Shown here piece by piece: positions 35,876 through 46,642 of a DNA stretch of 64,000 nt. The position numbers and the translations under genes are program-made. Below the pieces are notes generated by a model. The model worked only from the letters and a program-made list of their open reading frames with translations. It did not search any database and had not been told where the DNA came from. Positions within the stretch are counted from its first letter, which is position 1; the number at the start of each line of letters is the position of its first letter. Source of the DNA: a virus (Duplodnaviria; Caudoviricetes); the IMG/VR virus record IMGVR_UViG_3300037067_004728, positions 1 through 64,000 of that record, one strand, 5' to 3'.

Positions 35876-36967
35876 ATGTTAAAACGCCGTGAATTCTTAA
35901 TGCAGGCCCACAAATATAATGCTAAAAAGCATAATGTTAGTGGTCACTATATTTCAGAAAAATTAGACGGCACGCGCTGTTTCTGGGATGGCGGCATTAG
36001 TCGTGGTCTACCAACTGACCAGATACCGTGGGCGAATCTCTTTCACCCTAAGACTGGCGAAAGAAAATCAAAGATCAAGCCAGTGGCTTCTGGTTTGTGG
36101 AGTCGTTATGGTAATCCTATCATGGCTCCTGATTGGTGGCTTAATTTACTACCATGTATCCCATTAGACGGAGAACTATGGGCTGGTCGTGGTAATTTCC
36201 AACTATGCCGATCAATCTGTTCAAAGGATGAACCTATATCAGAAGAGTGGCAGAAAATTGATTATGCTGTTTGGGGCAGTCCGCCTTTTGAAGCTGTGTT
36301 TATGGACGGTCGCATTAACTGCCCACAATTCAGGCGGGAGGTTTATTTCGATGAAGTTACTAAATGGTTAAAAACTCGCCCGGAAGGATTTTTGCGCGAC
36401 TATCGTTTCTTGTCAATCGGCACAACCTTTGAGGCTGAGTTAAGTATTCTACGGAATGCAATACAGTCTGAGGGACAGATTTACCTGTGGCAACAAAAAC
36501 GACTTCCACTGGACGGAGCCGATGAGATTGTCGAACAGGAACTTAATCGAGTTTTAGATTGTGGCGGCGAGGGAGTTGTTATACGCGATCCTGATGGAAC
36601 ATGGATGCCTCAGCGCTTATATACGGTGTTAAAATACAAACCATTTGAAGATGCCGAAGGTACGATTGTTGGTTTTACAAGCGGTCGTGAAACGGAACGT
36701 GGGTCAAAACATCTTGGAAAGATTGGAGCATTGATTCTTGACTATGAGGGCCAACGACTTGAGTTATCCGGCTTAACGGATGAAGAACGCGAGTTTGCAG
36801 ATAAGGATGAATTTTTTGCCCGGACAAATCCTGGGGTTGATATGCCAAAGGGAGTTCAGGCAAAACATTTTAAATATGGACAAATAGTTACTTTTAAATA
36901 CCGTGAGCTATCGGACGATGGCATTCCTAAAGAAGCCCGGTACATGCGACAAAGGGGTGAAGAATGA
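35876..36967 (+). CDS. ATP-dependent DNA ligase
   Basis: SEKLDGTR, LDGELW, GEGVV, LKYKP, OB-fold VTFKY...GIP. Confidence 0.92.
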   Translation: MLKRREFLMQAHKYNAKKHNVSGHYISEKLDGTRCFWDGGISRGLPTDQIPWANLFHPKTGERKSKIKPVASGLWSRYGNPIMAPDWWLNLLPCIPLDGELWAGRGNFQLCRSICSKDEPISEEWQKIDYAVWGSPPFEAVFMDGRINCPQFRREVYFDEVTKWLKTRPEGFLRDYRFLSIGTTFEAELSILRNAIQSEGQIYLWQQKRLPLDGADEIVEQELNRVLDCGGEGVVIRDPDGTWMPQRLYTVLKYKPFEDAEGTIVGFTSGRETERGSKHLGKIGALILDYEGQRLELSGLTDEEREFADKDEFFARTNPGVDMPKGVQAKHFKYGQIVTFKYRELSDDGIPKEARYMRQRGEE

Positions 36968-37956
36968 GATTACCACATTATTTAAGTCCGTCACAGATTG
37001 CTCTTTGGTATTCAGATCGTGATGAATATTATTTGCGACATTTAGCTGAAATGCGTGTGCAAGCAATGCCGCAGGCGACTTATATGTCAATCGGTGCATC
37101 ATTTGATGCTTATGTTAAATCAGCAATGTTTGAAACAATTTTTGGTAAAGGGGCGGACCCTCGATTTGAATTTGATGCTATTTTTACCGATCAGGTAGAT
37201 GAAGTCAATCGTGACTGGGCGAAGGAACACGGCAAGTATGTTTTTGAATCATACAAATTATCGGGAGCGTATGATGAATTATTGTCGTTATTACAACAAA
37301 GCAAATACGCCCCTCAATTTGAGTTTAAGATTGAAGGCACAGTTGAAAATGTACCACTTTTAGGTAAGCCAGACTTGCGTTTTGTGCATCCTTTAGGTGC
37401 CCATGTTATTTTAGACTGGAAGGTAAACGGTTATTGTTCTAGGTCAGCTACAAGTCCTTGTAAGAATTATCGGCTAGTTAGGGATGGTTGGACTGCCGAA
37501 GTAGCAAAAGCGTCTCGTGGCGCTAATTCGCCACATAAGGATTATAAACCAATGGATTGGAAGGGCGTCGAGATTCATAATGGATGGCTGGAAGAAGCTA
37601 ATTCAGATTGGGCGGACCAATTAGCTATTTATTCATGGATGTTAGGAGAGGCTGTAGGGGATGAAAATGTAATCGTATGTATAGACCAAGTGGTAGCCAA
37701 ACCAAATGAACCACGGCCACTACTTAGAATTGCTAATCATAGGGCACGAATTTCATCCGTACATCAACAAAATTTAATGCGGAATATTCAAGCCTGCTGG
37801 ACGGCAATTACTACAGGTTATATTTTTGATGACTTGACTAGAGAAGAAAATGATGAGAAATGTGCGTTACTTGAACAGCAAGCAATCCGCACGAATATTG
37901 ATACACCAGAACAGCAATGTATTAACGATCTGACACGCCAACATAGGTTTAAGTAA
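36964..37956 (+). CDS. PD-(D/E)XK exonuclease
   Basis: LSPSQI, GKPDL, ILDWK, QLAIY. Confidence 0.8.
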   Translation: MRLPHYLSPSQIALWYSDRDEYYLRHLAEMRVQAMPQATYMSIGASFDAYVKSAMFETIFGKGADPRFEFDAIFTDQVDEVNRDWAKEHGKYVFESYKLSGAYDELLSLLQQSKYAPQFEFKIEGTVENVPLLGKPDLRFVHPLGAHVILDWKVNGYCSRSATSPCKNYRLVRDGWTAEVAKASRGANSPHKDYKPMDWKGVEIHNGWLEEANSDWADQLAIYSWMLGEAVGDENVIVCIDQVVAKPNEPRPLLRIANHRARISSVHQQNLMRNIQACWTAITTGYIFDDLTREENDEKCALLEQQAIRTNIDTPEQQCINDLTRQHRFK

Positions 37957-38459
37957 TGCTTACCAACATACGGAAGCCTGAACCGCAAGACTTAAATTAT
38001 ATCCTTGACATTGATTTAAAATGTTTTGAGGATAACTGGTCTTATAATGAGTGGAGAGAAACATTATATGACCCGCGTTATGGGGTTCTAGTTGGTACGT
38101 ACAGAAGTTTACCTGTTGGATTTATAGTGTGGTTTAGTGGAACAAAAGAAGGTTTAATTACACGCTTAGGAGTTAAACCAGCTTATCAACGAAAAGGTGT
38201 TGGCTCTCAACTTTTATCCGCTGTTGAAGTTATTTTAGTACAGCAAGCTATAAAGGAAGTTCATTTTCCTATTACAGAAAGTCTTTGCCAACCTGGACAA
38301 TCAAATGATGTAAGTCGTTGGTTGACAAAACGTGGTTATCGTGCTACTTGTTTGATACGCGGGAAGGGAATTTATTGCGGGGTGAAGGAAGATGAAATTG
38401 TCTTTCAAAAACTTTTAGAGGAGACAAGTAAACATGCGACAGAGAATCGCAAATCATAG
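37956..38459 (+). CDS. GNAT acetyltransferase (RimI-like)
   Basis: LGVKPAYQRKGVGSQLL acetyl-CoA loop; CF...WS. Confidence 0.85.
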   Translation: MLTNIRKPEPQDLNYILDIDLKCFEDNWSYNEWRETLYDPRYGVLVGTYRSLPVGFIVWFSGTKEGLITRLGVKPAYQRKGVGSQLLSAVEVILVQQAIKEVHFPITESLCQPGQSNDVSRWLTKRGYRATCLIRGKGIYCGVKEDEIVFQKLLEETSKHATENRKS

Positions 38460-38954
38460 AATGAATCGAAGAGATTTCTTTGAATCCAGAGTACGTCCTG
38501 TACGCCCATTGACAAAATTAGAGGTACAAAAAAAAGCTGAACGGTTTGCAAAGAAATATTTAAAGGAACAGGGCTTAATTGGTCCTAAACTCCCTACTAT
38601 GTGGAAAGTAGATATTGGTGAAAAAGAGCCACTTATTGTTACGGCCTTAACTCGTTCAGATGCGAGGTCAGAAATTAAGAAAGAACTAGGCGTTAAGAAA
38701 CTTCCAGTTGGACTTAAAATTGAAAAGGTAGTTTATGAACCCCCTATTTACAGACAGATTAAAGGCAGCTAATCTCACTGGTGAAGTTATATTTAATATC
38801 TTCACACATTTAGAGACTATTTTGCGCGAGTCAAATTCAGGTCAAGCTGCATTGACTTTGGGCTACATTGCACCGACTGATGATATACAAGAAGGTGACT
38901 TAGTACCAACAATCAATGTTGTTTTGACACAATATCAAAAGCCGGACTACGATC

Positions 38955-39212
38955 ATGCTAATAAATCCTGATGTGACACTATTGCCACGATTGCCAGAAG
39001 GGGCGGTGCCATTATCAGGAGTTGGGCACGTACAGTTAGCTATTTATAAGCAAACAAGGTATCATTGGTGCCCGGCATGTGATGGTTGGGTCGCAGGCGA
39101 CCCAATTACAACATTTGAACATGAACGTGGTATTTTATGTGGTAGGCACGGCACGTCATATCATTGCCGCCGCTGTAGAACAGAACTCAGTTTTGTAGGG
39201 TGCTATTTTTGA
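38955..39212 (+). CDS. Zn-ribbon protein
   Basis: CPAC...CRRC. Confidence 0.55.
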   Translation: MLINPDVTLLPRLPEGAVPLSGVGHVQLAIYKQTRYHWCPACDGWVAGDPITTFEHERGILCGRHGTSYHCRRCRTELSFVGCYF

Positions 39213-40009
39213 TGGATTATCCTCGCGTGATTCATATTGAAACAACCGGACGATGCAATTCACATTGCGTATTTTGTCCACACAGTCGGTCATACCGACG
39301 ACTGATGGATATGCCACAAATATTGTTTGAGAAAATTTTAAAGGATGTAAAAGATATACCACAACGAGTTATTATTGTACCTTTAAAACTTGGCGAACCA
39401 CTTGTGGACCCATTATTTTCAAAACGCTTGCTACAAATTGATGAACAGCTACCAGAGGCTTATTTAGAATTGCATACAAACCTTAATATATTACCACGCG
39501 AGTTTATTCCAACACTTAGAAAGTTACGGCGTGTTAATCACATCTGGGTGTCATTGAATTATTATACGGCAGCGAGTTACCAAGCGGCTACCGGAATGAA
39601 ATTTGACCAAACCCTGTACAACATTAAAAAGTTATTGGAAGCCCGACTACCACATACGATTGCCATTGGACGGGTTTTAGATTACACCATCGAGGACCAA
39701 AAATGGTTAGATTGGGTTAGACGCACTTTTCCACAAGCTAAACCGGCATTTTTACATCGTGGAGATTGGTGCAATAATATTGAAACACCAAATACTATCA
39801 ATGATGGATTTTGTAAGCGTACACTTGAAGTGTCTATTTGCTGTGATGGTAAGGTCGCACTTTGTTGTATGGATGGGTTGTGTGAATACCCATTAGGAGA
39901 TATAACTAAAGAGCATATTTTAGAGGTTTATAATGGGTCAAAAGCGAGCGCCCTGCGTCGTATGACACAGAGGTTACAAGAACCCTGTGCCTCTTGTACT
40001 TTTGTCTAA
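39212..40009 (+). CDS. Radical SAM enzyme with SPASM/twitch domain
   Basis: CNSHCVFC, GEP, C...DGKVALCC.D...LGDI...CASC. Confidence 0.92.
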   Translation: MDYPRVIHIETTGRCNSHCVFCPHSRSYRRLMDMPQILFEKILKDVKDIPQRVIIVPLKLGEPLVDPLFSKRLLQIDEQLPEAYLELHTNLNILPREFIPTLRKLRRVNHIWVSLNYYTAASYQAATGMKFDQTLYNIKKLLEARLPHTIAIGRVLDYTIEDQKWLDWVRRTFPQAKPAFLHRGDWCNNIETPNTINDGFCKRTLEVSICCDGKVALCCMDGLCEYPLGDITKEHILEVYNGSKASALRRMTQRLQEPCASCTFV

Positions 40010-40022
40010 GGAGGCGACAAAT

Positions 40023-41276
40023 ATGTGGGAATTTTTAACGACTCAACTTGCTAATAATCAATTCTTATCCGGCGGTGCGGTACTAGCCATTTTTGGTGGA
40101 TTAGCATTATATCTACGAAGTATCCCTTCATATATTTTTACGTGGACAAAACATCGTTTAATTACAGAAATTGATATTCCAGATCGTGACGAAGCCTTCA
40201 AGTGGATGAATGTTTGGTTGTCTCAACATCCTTATAAAAAGCGTTGCCGTTGGTGGACGGTTCAAACACGTCGTCAAAGAGATTATGACGAAGGGCCAGG
40301 AGATTCACGGGAACGAAAGAAACCGAAGATTATTTTATCACCTGCCCCCGGCTTGCATTTTTTGTTTTATAAACAGAAGTTAATGATTTTGTATCGTGAA
40401 CGAAAAGATACTCAAGGTAAGGGTGACACGGCGGCATTAGGTTTTCGTGAAACTTTTACCATCAAGTTATTTAGCCGTAACAAACAAGTTGTTTATGATT
40501 TGATTGAAGAAGCAAGACTTGCTGCGCATCCAGTCGATTCAGAACGACTAAGGATTTTACGTCCTGACTATAATGAGTGGTGTGAAATTACAAAAAGATT
40601 ACTACGCCCATTCAAATCTGTCATTCTGGATAATGACCTCAGTGGTAGAATCCTACAAGATGTTAAACAGTTTATTGAGTCAGAAAAATGGTATAATGAA
40701 ATAGGTATACCATATCGTCGTGGGTATTTACTTTCTGGCCCTCCTGGTAACGGTAAAAGTTCATTAGTTACTGCAATTGCATCAGAGTTACGTCTTGATA
40801 TTTGTACCTTAAATTTAAGTAACCATAGTCTAAATGACGAAAAACTTGTGGAACTTATGGCGAATGTTCCAATGAATAGTTTAGTTTTAATCGAGGATGT
40901 TGACTGTGTATTCCATGAGCGCAAAAAGGTGGATGATAGTGAAAGTGTTACCTTTTCTGGTTTACTGAATGCAATTGATGGTGTAATGTCTAGTGAGGGC
41001 CGGATTTTATTTATGACAACCAATCATAAAGAAGTGCTGGACCCCGCTCTGATCCGCCCAGGTCGAGTTGATGTAGACATAACAATCGACAATGCATCAA
41101 GGGCACAGGCCAGTAATTTATTCCTTAGATTCTTTCCTGATATGCCTGATCTGGCTGAGGGCTTTGGTGATAAAATGACAAAAACGTCAGTAAGCATGGC
41201 ACAATTGCAAGGGCATTTGTTAAAATATCGGCACGATGCAATCTCGGCCTTGACTTACCCCGTAAATGAGGTATAA
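40023..41276 (+). CDS. BCS1-like AAA+ ATPase
   Basis: N-terminal TM, BCS1_N-like ILSPAPGLHFLFY...ETFTI; WY..IGIPYRRGYLL.GPPGNGKSS, IEDVD, TFSGLLNAIDG, MTTNH...LDPALIRPGRVD. Confidence 0.9.
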   Translation: MWEFLTTQLANNQFLSGGAVLAIFGGLALYLRSIPSYIFTWTKHRLITEIDIPDRDEAFKWMNVWLSQHPYKKRCRWWTVQTRRQRDYDEGPGDSRERKKPKIILSPAPGLHFLFYKQKLMILYRERKDTQGKGDTAALGFRETFTIKLFSRNKQVVYDLIEEARLAAHPVDSERLRILRPDYNEWCEITKRLLRPFKSVILDNDLSGRILQDVKQFIESEKWYNEIGIPYRRGYLLSGPPGNGKSSLVTAIASELRLDICTLNLSNHSLNDEKLVELMANVPMNSLVLIEDVDCVFHERKKVDDSESVTFSGLLNAIDGVMSSEGRILFMTTNHKEVLDPALIRPGRVDVDITIDNASRAQASNLFLRFFPDMPDLAEGFGDKMTKTSVSMAQLQGHLLKYRHDAISALTYPVNEV

Positions 41277-41281
41277 TTGTA

Positions 41282-42136
41282 ATGATGAAGCGTCTTTTAA
41301 TAGCCTTGATTATTTTTCTGCCAAATGTTGTATTTGCACAACAGGCTGATGAATTAAAGAAACACGTTGAGTACCTAGCGTCCCCTGAATTGGATGGACG
41401 ACAAGTTGGTACAGCCGGATGTGATAAAGCAGCGGAGTATATTATACAGCAATTAAAGGTATTTGGTTATACCCCAGAAGAACAACCATTTACCATGCAA
41501 CGAGTAACAGCAAAAAATGTAATTGCGGTGCGTAAAGGCAGCCTTGATACGGTAATTGTTGTAGGTGCCCATTATGACCACCTGGGACGCCGTGGTAATC
41601 GCTATTACCCTGGGGCCGATGATAATGCCTCTGGCACAGCAGCGGTTTTAGAGCTATCTAGGATGCTTAAAACGAGTCGGCGAACCATTGTGTTTATACT
41701 ATTCTCTGGGGAAGAGGATGGTTTATATGGTTCGACCTACTATGTAAAGCATCCTAAATATCCAAATGATAAAACGATATTTATGCTTAATCTTGATATG
41801 ATTGGGTATTTACGGCGCGATACACAAGCCTACGTACCAGATGTTCATAAAATATTGAAAGAGTTGTATATCCAATATCCGTGGGCACCGTCCATAGTTA
41901 TTTTGGGTGGTACGGCCAGCGACCAAGAACCTTTTGCAGATATTGGCATACCAGTTGCTTTCTTACATACTGGTTTGCATGGCAATTACCATAGAACAAC
42001 CGATACACCAGATAAACTTAATTATAAAGGAATGGAGCAGATTGTACGCTTTTCGTATGATTTGATTAAAGCCCTTGACACCCACGATTTACCAGACTAC
42101 AATATTACAGGAGTAAAGTATGAGCCAGTCAAGTGA
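41282..42136 (+). CDS. Secreted M28 family aminopeptidase
   Basis: Signal peptide; GAHYDH, GADDNASG, GEE.GL.GS, NLDM, YH...D. Confidence 0.9.
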   Translation: MMKRLLIALIIFLPNVVFAQQADELKKHVEYLASPELDGRQVGTAGCDKAAEYIIQQLKVFGYTPEEQPFTMQRVTAKNVIAVRKGSLDTVIVVGAHYDHLGRRGNRYYPGADDNASGTAAVLELSRMLKTSRRTIVFILFSGEEDGLYGSTYYVKHPKYPNDKTIFMLNLDMIGYLRRDTQAYVPDVHKILKELYIQYPWAPSIVILGGTASDQEPFADIGIPVAFLHTGLHGNYHRTTDTPDKLNYKGMEQIVRFSYDLIKALDTHDLPDYNITGVKYEPVK

Positions 42137-42373
42137 AAGTCTAACTTTGAAGTATTATGGTTTAGAACGGGATTATGAAGGTAAGGGGGAGTGGATTGCT
42201 TGCGGTATTGTTGGCGCAACGTCTGATGTAACGTATTCCGAAGTACGAGAAGCACTTTCTATTTTGGAAAATTTTAGAGTGCGCCCGATTGAGGACAAAA
42301 ACGCATGGGCCGATGTATTCAAGGCCGGAAAAATTATTGAATTCAAAACTCTTTGTACGGCAATTTTGATTCT

Positions 42374-43021
42374 ATGTACCAAGTAATTTGTACGGACGCA
42401 TTGACCTTATTAGATTCCATAGATTATGTCCGCATGATTTTTGTGGACCCGCCAGATACTACCAAACGCTCTGGTTATATGCTGTGGTTAGCGGATATTA
42501 TTGAAATGGCCGCAGCAAAATCCGATATATTCTGGTTGTCATACAATTCTAAATGGACTTTTGAAGTCGGGGCAGTTATTGCTAGTTTGTTGCATAGGTA
42601 TGAAGGGCTACAAGCAAAGCCTTGTGTTCAAATCTATGAGGACAAGCATCGGCCACTTATTCGTATAACACAGTCAAATGTGGAATTATACCCCACACCT
42701 GATAATCAAACTTTAAGCGATGTATTTGTATACCCTCGCATTAGTGATACATTGATTGAACGCTGTGTGCGGCTTTGTTGCAAGCCGTATGATACGGTGG
42801 TCGATCCATTTGCAGGCAATGGGACGACTTTACGAGTATGCAAGCGCTTAGGAATATCTTGTACGACTGGTGATATTGATCCAAATTATTGTAAGATGAT
42901 TGCCGAGGAAAATGGATTACAACCTGCGATTACTAAATTTTGGCCAGCAGGTCGTTGGTATGGTGGAAAAGGAATAGGACTTGCCCATGCACCAAAGGAA
43001 CTGACTAATGGACGAGAATAA
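42374..43021 (+). CDS. Degenerate N6/N4 DNA methyltransferase-like protein
   Basis: DPFAGNGTT SAM motif retained; DPPY replaced by DPPD; shortened. Confidence 0.65.
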   Translation: MYQVICTDALTLLDSIDYVRMIFVDPPDTTKRSGYMLWLADIIEMAAAKSDIFWLSYNSKWTFEVGAVIASLLHRYEGLQAKPCVQIYEDKHRPLIRITQSNVELYPTPDNQTLSDVFVYPRISDTLIERCVRLCCKPYDTVVDPFAGNGTTLRVCKRLGISCTTGDIDPNYCKMIAEENGLQPAITKFWPAGRWYGGKGIGLAHAPKELTNGRE

Positions 43022-43345
43022 TATTCAGTTTGGCGACGGTGTGTGTTTGGACTGTGGATTATTTTGGTCGGAGGCATTATGTAAAGATGAAGATGCAAGT
43101 ATTTTAGAATGCTTACGATGTGGTAGTAAAAATTGTCGCTTTGATCCAGTTGAAGGTACTATAGAAGAATTATTTGGGCCATTTAATGATTAAAGACGAA
43201 CAAATTGAAGGCTGGATAGTAGGATACGATGAATGTCGTATTTGTGGTTATACAGGTGTGTTTGTAGCACCTGCAATTTGTGACCTTGATAATATGGAAT
43301 GTGCCAATTGTGGTAATATGACATGCGAAATGATTGGAGACGAAC

Positions 43346-43597
43346 ATGGCAGACATTGTATGTGATTTTGGTGGCCGTCCTATTGAGCCGGGTGATGTGG
43401 TTGCGTACCCTGTGAGGCGTGGATCAGAAATGTGGCTTCGATCCCTACGAGTGTCACATATTGAAGTTATCCGTTCTACTCCACCAGTTTATCGAATTGC
43501 TGGTTCAAATGATTCAGGGCGTCCAGTCAAATTAGAAAATCCTGATAGATGTGTTATTCTAACAAAGGTGGTGAAAAATGCCGGGACCAGTAAGTGA
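43346..43597 (+). CDS. Small SH3-like phage protein
   Basis: DFGGRPIEPGDVVAYPVR. Confidence 0.5.
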   Translation: MADIVCDFGGRPIEPGDVVAYPVRRGSEMWLRSLRVSHIEVIRSTPPVYRIAGSNDSGRPVKLENPDRCVILTKVVKNAGTSK

Positions 43598-43828
43598 TGC
43601 GTATGATCCTGTGTGGGGTACAACAGATAATGCTAATGAAGTTAGACGCGCTATAAAAAGTGTGCGTGAAATGGTGTCGCATTTGATTGGCAGCGATCCA
43701 CAATATATTTTAGATGTAATTCGTTATCAGAATAACAATGAAAATTTAAGGCATGTAACTTTAAGTGAACGCCAGTTACGTATTATTAGATTCTGTTTAA
43801 GTGTGGCTTTGAATGAGGAGGTTGTCTG

Positions 43829-44098
43829 ATGCCAACTTATGATTATACTTGTCAAGCATGTGGCGAAACTTTTACTGAAAATCAACGCTATGATGATCCT
43901 ATGCCATCCTGTCCTAAATGTAAATCAAAAGATACATTACGACATTTTCCATGCCCGGCTGTGCATGTTTTTTATTCACCTTGCCATCCAAGGCATAATC
44001 GTGGAATGGTAGATCAAAAACCACCTAAGATTCAACCTCAATTTCGCAATGGTGTAGGCCCAAAGAAGAAAAGGCGCACTAAAAATGACAAAAACTGA
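43829..44098 (+). CDS. FmdB-type Zn-ribbon protein
   Basis: MPTYDYTCQACG..F...CPKC. Confidence 0.85.
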   Translation: MPTYDYTCQACGETFTENQRYDDPMPSCPKCKSKDTLRHFPCPAVHVFYSPCHPRHNRGMVDQKPPKIQPQFRNGVGPKKKRRTKNDKN

Positions 44099-44561
44099 AA
44101 AACGATTTATTAAAGCGAGTTTGCATGTTATAAAGTTATTGTTGATTGCAATTGCAATAGAAGTAGCCCTTCCATTTGCGGGTGGTATTTGGTATTCTAA
44201 TTGTGGGGAGAGATATGTAGAGCAAGTTTGGCTAGACCGAGCAATTTTTCATTTGAAAATTTTGCGTAGGCGATGTACCGACCCTGAATTGATTAGTGTT
44301 TTAGATTATACGATCAATCGGTATCATCATGTCGGCGGATTTGATGTAATGGTAGCTCCGTGCTTTTCTCCTGGTCGTGACTATAAAATAATAGGGCTTA
44401 ATCAACCATATTGCCCCGGAGTTACAATTGATCCAGAAGTCATGTTTTACCCAATCCATGAAGGGGCTTTAGTTTTAGTTCACGAAGCACTACATGATTA
44501 TTTTCCATATTGGGGTCATTCGCATGTTACACCCATTATGAAAAGGATTGAAGCGCTTTGA
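44085..44561 (+). CDS. Membrane-anchored HExxH protein
   Basis: N-terminal TM; LVHEALHD...GH. Confidence 0.55.
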   Translation: MTKTEKRFIKASLHVIKLLLIAIAIEVALPFAGGIWYSNCGERYVEQVWLDRAIFHLKILRRRCTDPELISVLDYTINRYHHVGGFDVMVAPCFSPGRDYKIIGLNQPYCPGVTIDPEVMFYPIHEGALVLVHEALHDYFPYWGHSHVTPIMKRIEAL

Positions 44562-45040
44562 CCAGCCTTGAATTTAAGTTGACGACTCGTTTTAACACAG
44601 AAAAATTGAGTCGTAAATTGAGAAAAGATTGGTTAAGTACCTGTCATCGGTATCGTATTACGTGGCGAAAACAATTTATGGGCGTGTCTGTATTGCCACG
44701 GTACTATGCCATGCGGCTTAATCGCCGACCTGATGGTACAACTTTTTGGGACTTTGCATTGGATAGCGAACGTCGTCCATATAAGACATTTAAAAGGGCG
44801 TATCAAGCATGTTGTAAGGCAGCGGGTATTCAACTCGAAGAAGAGTTACCTAAACGCCGAAAAAAGAAGGAAAAGAAATATACCATTACTATTTCTAAAT
44901 CACAGCTTTTGTCGCACTCGCACGAGGATAACGGATGCGATATTTCAGCCGGTGTGCCAACTTTGGCACAAGATTTGCCCATTAAACGTAAACGTGGACG
45001 ACCAAAGGGTAGTAAAAATAAGCCGAAAGATATAAAATGA
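44558..45040 (+). CDS. Basic protein with C-terminal AT-hook
   Basis: KRKRGRPKGSKNKPK. Confidence 0.6.
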   Translation: MTSLEFKLTTRFNTEKLSRKLRKDWLSTCHRYRITWRKQFMGVSVLPRYYAMRLNRRPDGTTFWDFALDSERRPYKTFKRAYQACCKAAGIQLEEELPKRRKKKEKKYTITISKSQLLSHSHEDNGCDISAGVPTLAQDLPIKRKRGRPKGSKNKPKDIK

Positions 45041-45164
45041 GCGATAATATTGTGCTTATACTTGGATTCCTAGTGATTATAGTTGCAGGATTTTTGTGCG
45101 GCTATTTGATGTTTTCTATGCTTAAAATACTTTATGAATTGGCACTTATGCAGGTAGTTATTCC

Positions 45165-45821
45165 ATGAATTATACAAAAGAACAGATAGCCGCTGCGCTT
45201 GATTATGCTGTCTTAAAACCAACGGCAACTTTGGATGATGTTCAGCGGGCGTGTTTTTTAGCTCAGAGAGAACACTTCGCCTCAGTCTGTGTTCGGCCTT
45301 GCGATGTTCAATTTGCCGCCCAATTCTGTGATGTTCCAATTTCAACGGTTGTTGGTTTTCCACATGGAACTAATGCACCAGAAATCAAACGATTAGAGGC
45401 GCAACAAGCAATACGCGACGGTGCCGAAGAACTTGATATTGTTATGAATTACTCTCGTCTTTTAGGAAAAGACTATGCGTATGTTTATAATGAATTACTT
45501 TACATAACAGAACGACTGCCGTTGAAACCAATTATAAAGGTAATTTTGGAAACGTGTTATTTAACACCGGAGCAAATTACCTCGGCATGTTTATACATTC
45601 AAAAAGTACCTCGCGCGTCGTTTGTTAAAACTTCAACAGGTTTTGGTTCAGGTGGGGCAACTTGTATGGCCGTTGAAATTATGGCTGAGGCAATAAAAAC
45701 TTCAACACTACAAATAAAAGCAAGTGGTGGTATCAATACCTATCAAGATGTTTGCACCTTTTTAGACTTGGGGTGTACTCGTTTAGGTTCGTCGAAATGG
45801 AGCGAATTGTTACCATGCTAA
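45165..45821 (+). CDS. deoC: Deoxyribose-phosphate aldolase
   Basis: D.A.LKP, VVGFPHG, GAEELDIV, KVILET, FVKTSTGF, IKASGGI, RLGSS. Confidence 0.95.
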   Translation: MNYTKEQIAAALDYAVLKPTATLDDVQRACFLAQREHFASVCVRPCDVQFAAQFCDVPISTVVGFPHGTNAPEIKRLEAQQAIRDGAEELDIVMNYSRLLGKDYAYVYNELLYITERLPLKPIIKVILETCYLTPEQITSACLYIQKVPRASFVKTSTGFGSGGATCMAVEIMAEAIKTSTLQIKASGGINTYQDVCTFLDLGCTRLGSSKWSELLPC

Positions 45822-46642
45822 ATGTACCACCCATTTATATCAATCTTGCAGACCAACTTCGATTAAAACAATGTCGATATGGTCCAATGCTATTTCTTGC
45901 CAATGATAGATATATTGGCGGGGCTTTAGATAAATATGGAGAGTTTTCAGAAGGGGAAGTCCACTTGTTTAGGCAGCTTGTGCAACCAAACTGGACAGTT
46001 ATGGATGTAGGAGCCAATCACGGAACTCATACAGTAGCCTTAGCTCAAATAGTTGGAGCTTTTGGTAGAGTTTATGCGTTTGAACCGCAACGGGTTCTAT
46101 TTCAACTGGTATGTGCTAATCTTGCTTTGAATTCACTCGGAAATGTATATGCTTATTGTGGTGGTGTAGGCCGTGAATTAGGCTTTCTTAATGTTCCGCA
46201 AGTTGATTATACACGCCCAAATAATTTTGGAGCCTTGGAAATGGGAGGCATTGGTGGAGATTCTGTGCCATTAGTTACTATTGATTCCTTAACCTTACCA
46301 CAATTGCATTTTGCGAAAATTGACGCCGAAGGTATGGAAGGTGATGTGATAATAGGTGCGACAGAAACAATTGCTAGGTATCGACCATTATTGTACATGG
46401 AAAATGATCGTGAAGATAAGTCCCCCGCACTTATCCAACAAATGTGGGACTTAGACTACGAATTATATTACCATATTCCATTCTACTATAATCGGTACAA
46501 TTTTTACGGAGTCGCCGAGAATATTTATGGAGGAACAATATCGGTTAATATGCTTTGTGTACCGAACGACAAGCCAATAACAGTGCCTAATGAATGCCAT
46601 CCAATAAAAAATGTAACTGACACTTGGAGAATTTGTGTATGA
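45815..46642 (+). CDS. FkbM-family methyltransferase
   Basis: DVGANHG.HT, AFEPQ, KIDAEGME..V..GA. Confidence 0.9.
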   Translation: MLNVPPIYINLADQLRLKQCRYGPMLFLANDRYIGGALDKYGEFSEGEVHLFRQLVQPNWTVMDVGANHGTHTVALAQIVGAFGRVYAFEPQRVLFQLVCANLALNSLGNVYAYCGGVGRELGFLNVPQVDYTRPNNFGALEMGGIGGDSVPLVTIDSLTLPQLHFAKIDAEGMEGDVIIGATETIARYRPLLYMENDREDKSPALIQQMWDLDYELYYHIPFYYNRYNFYGVAENIYGGTISVNMLCVPNDKPITVPNECHPIKNVTDTWRICV

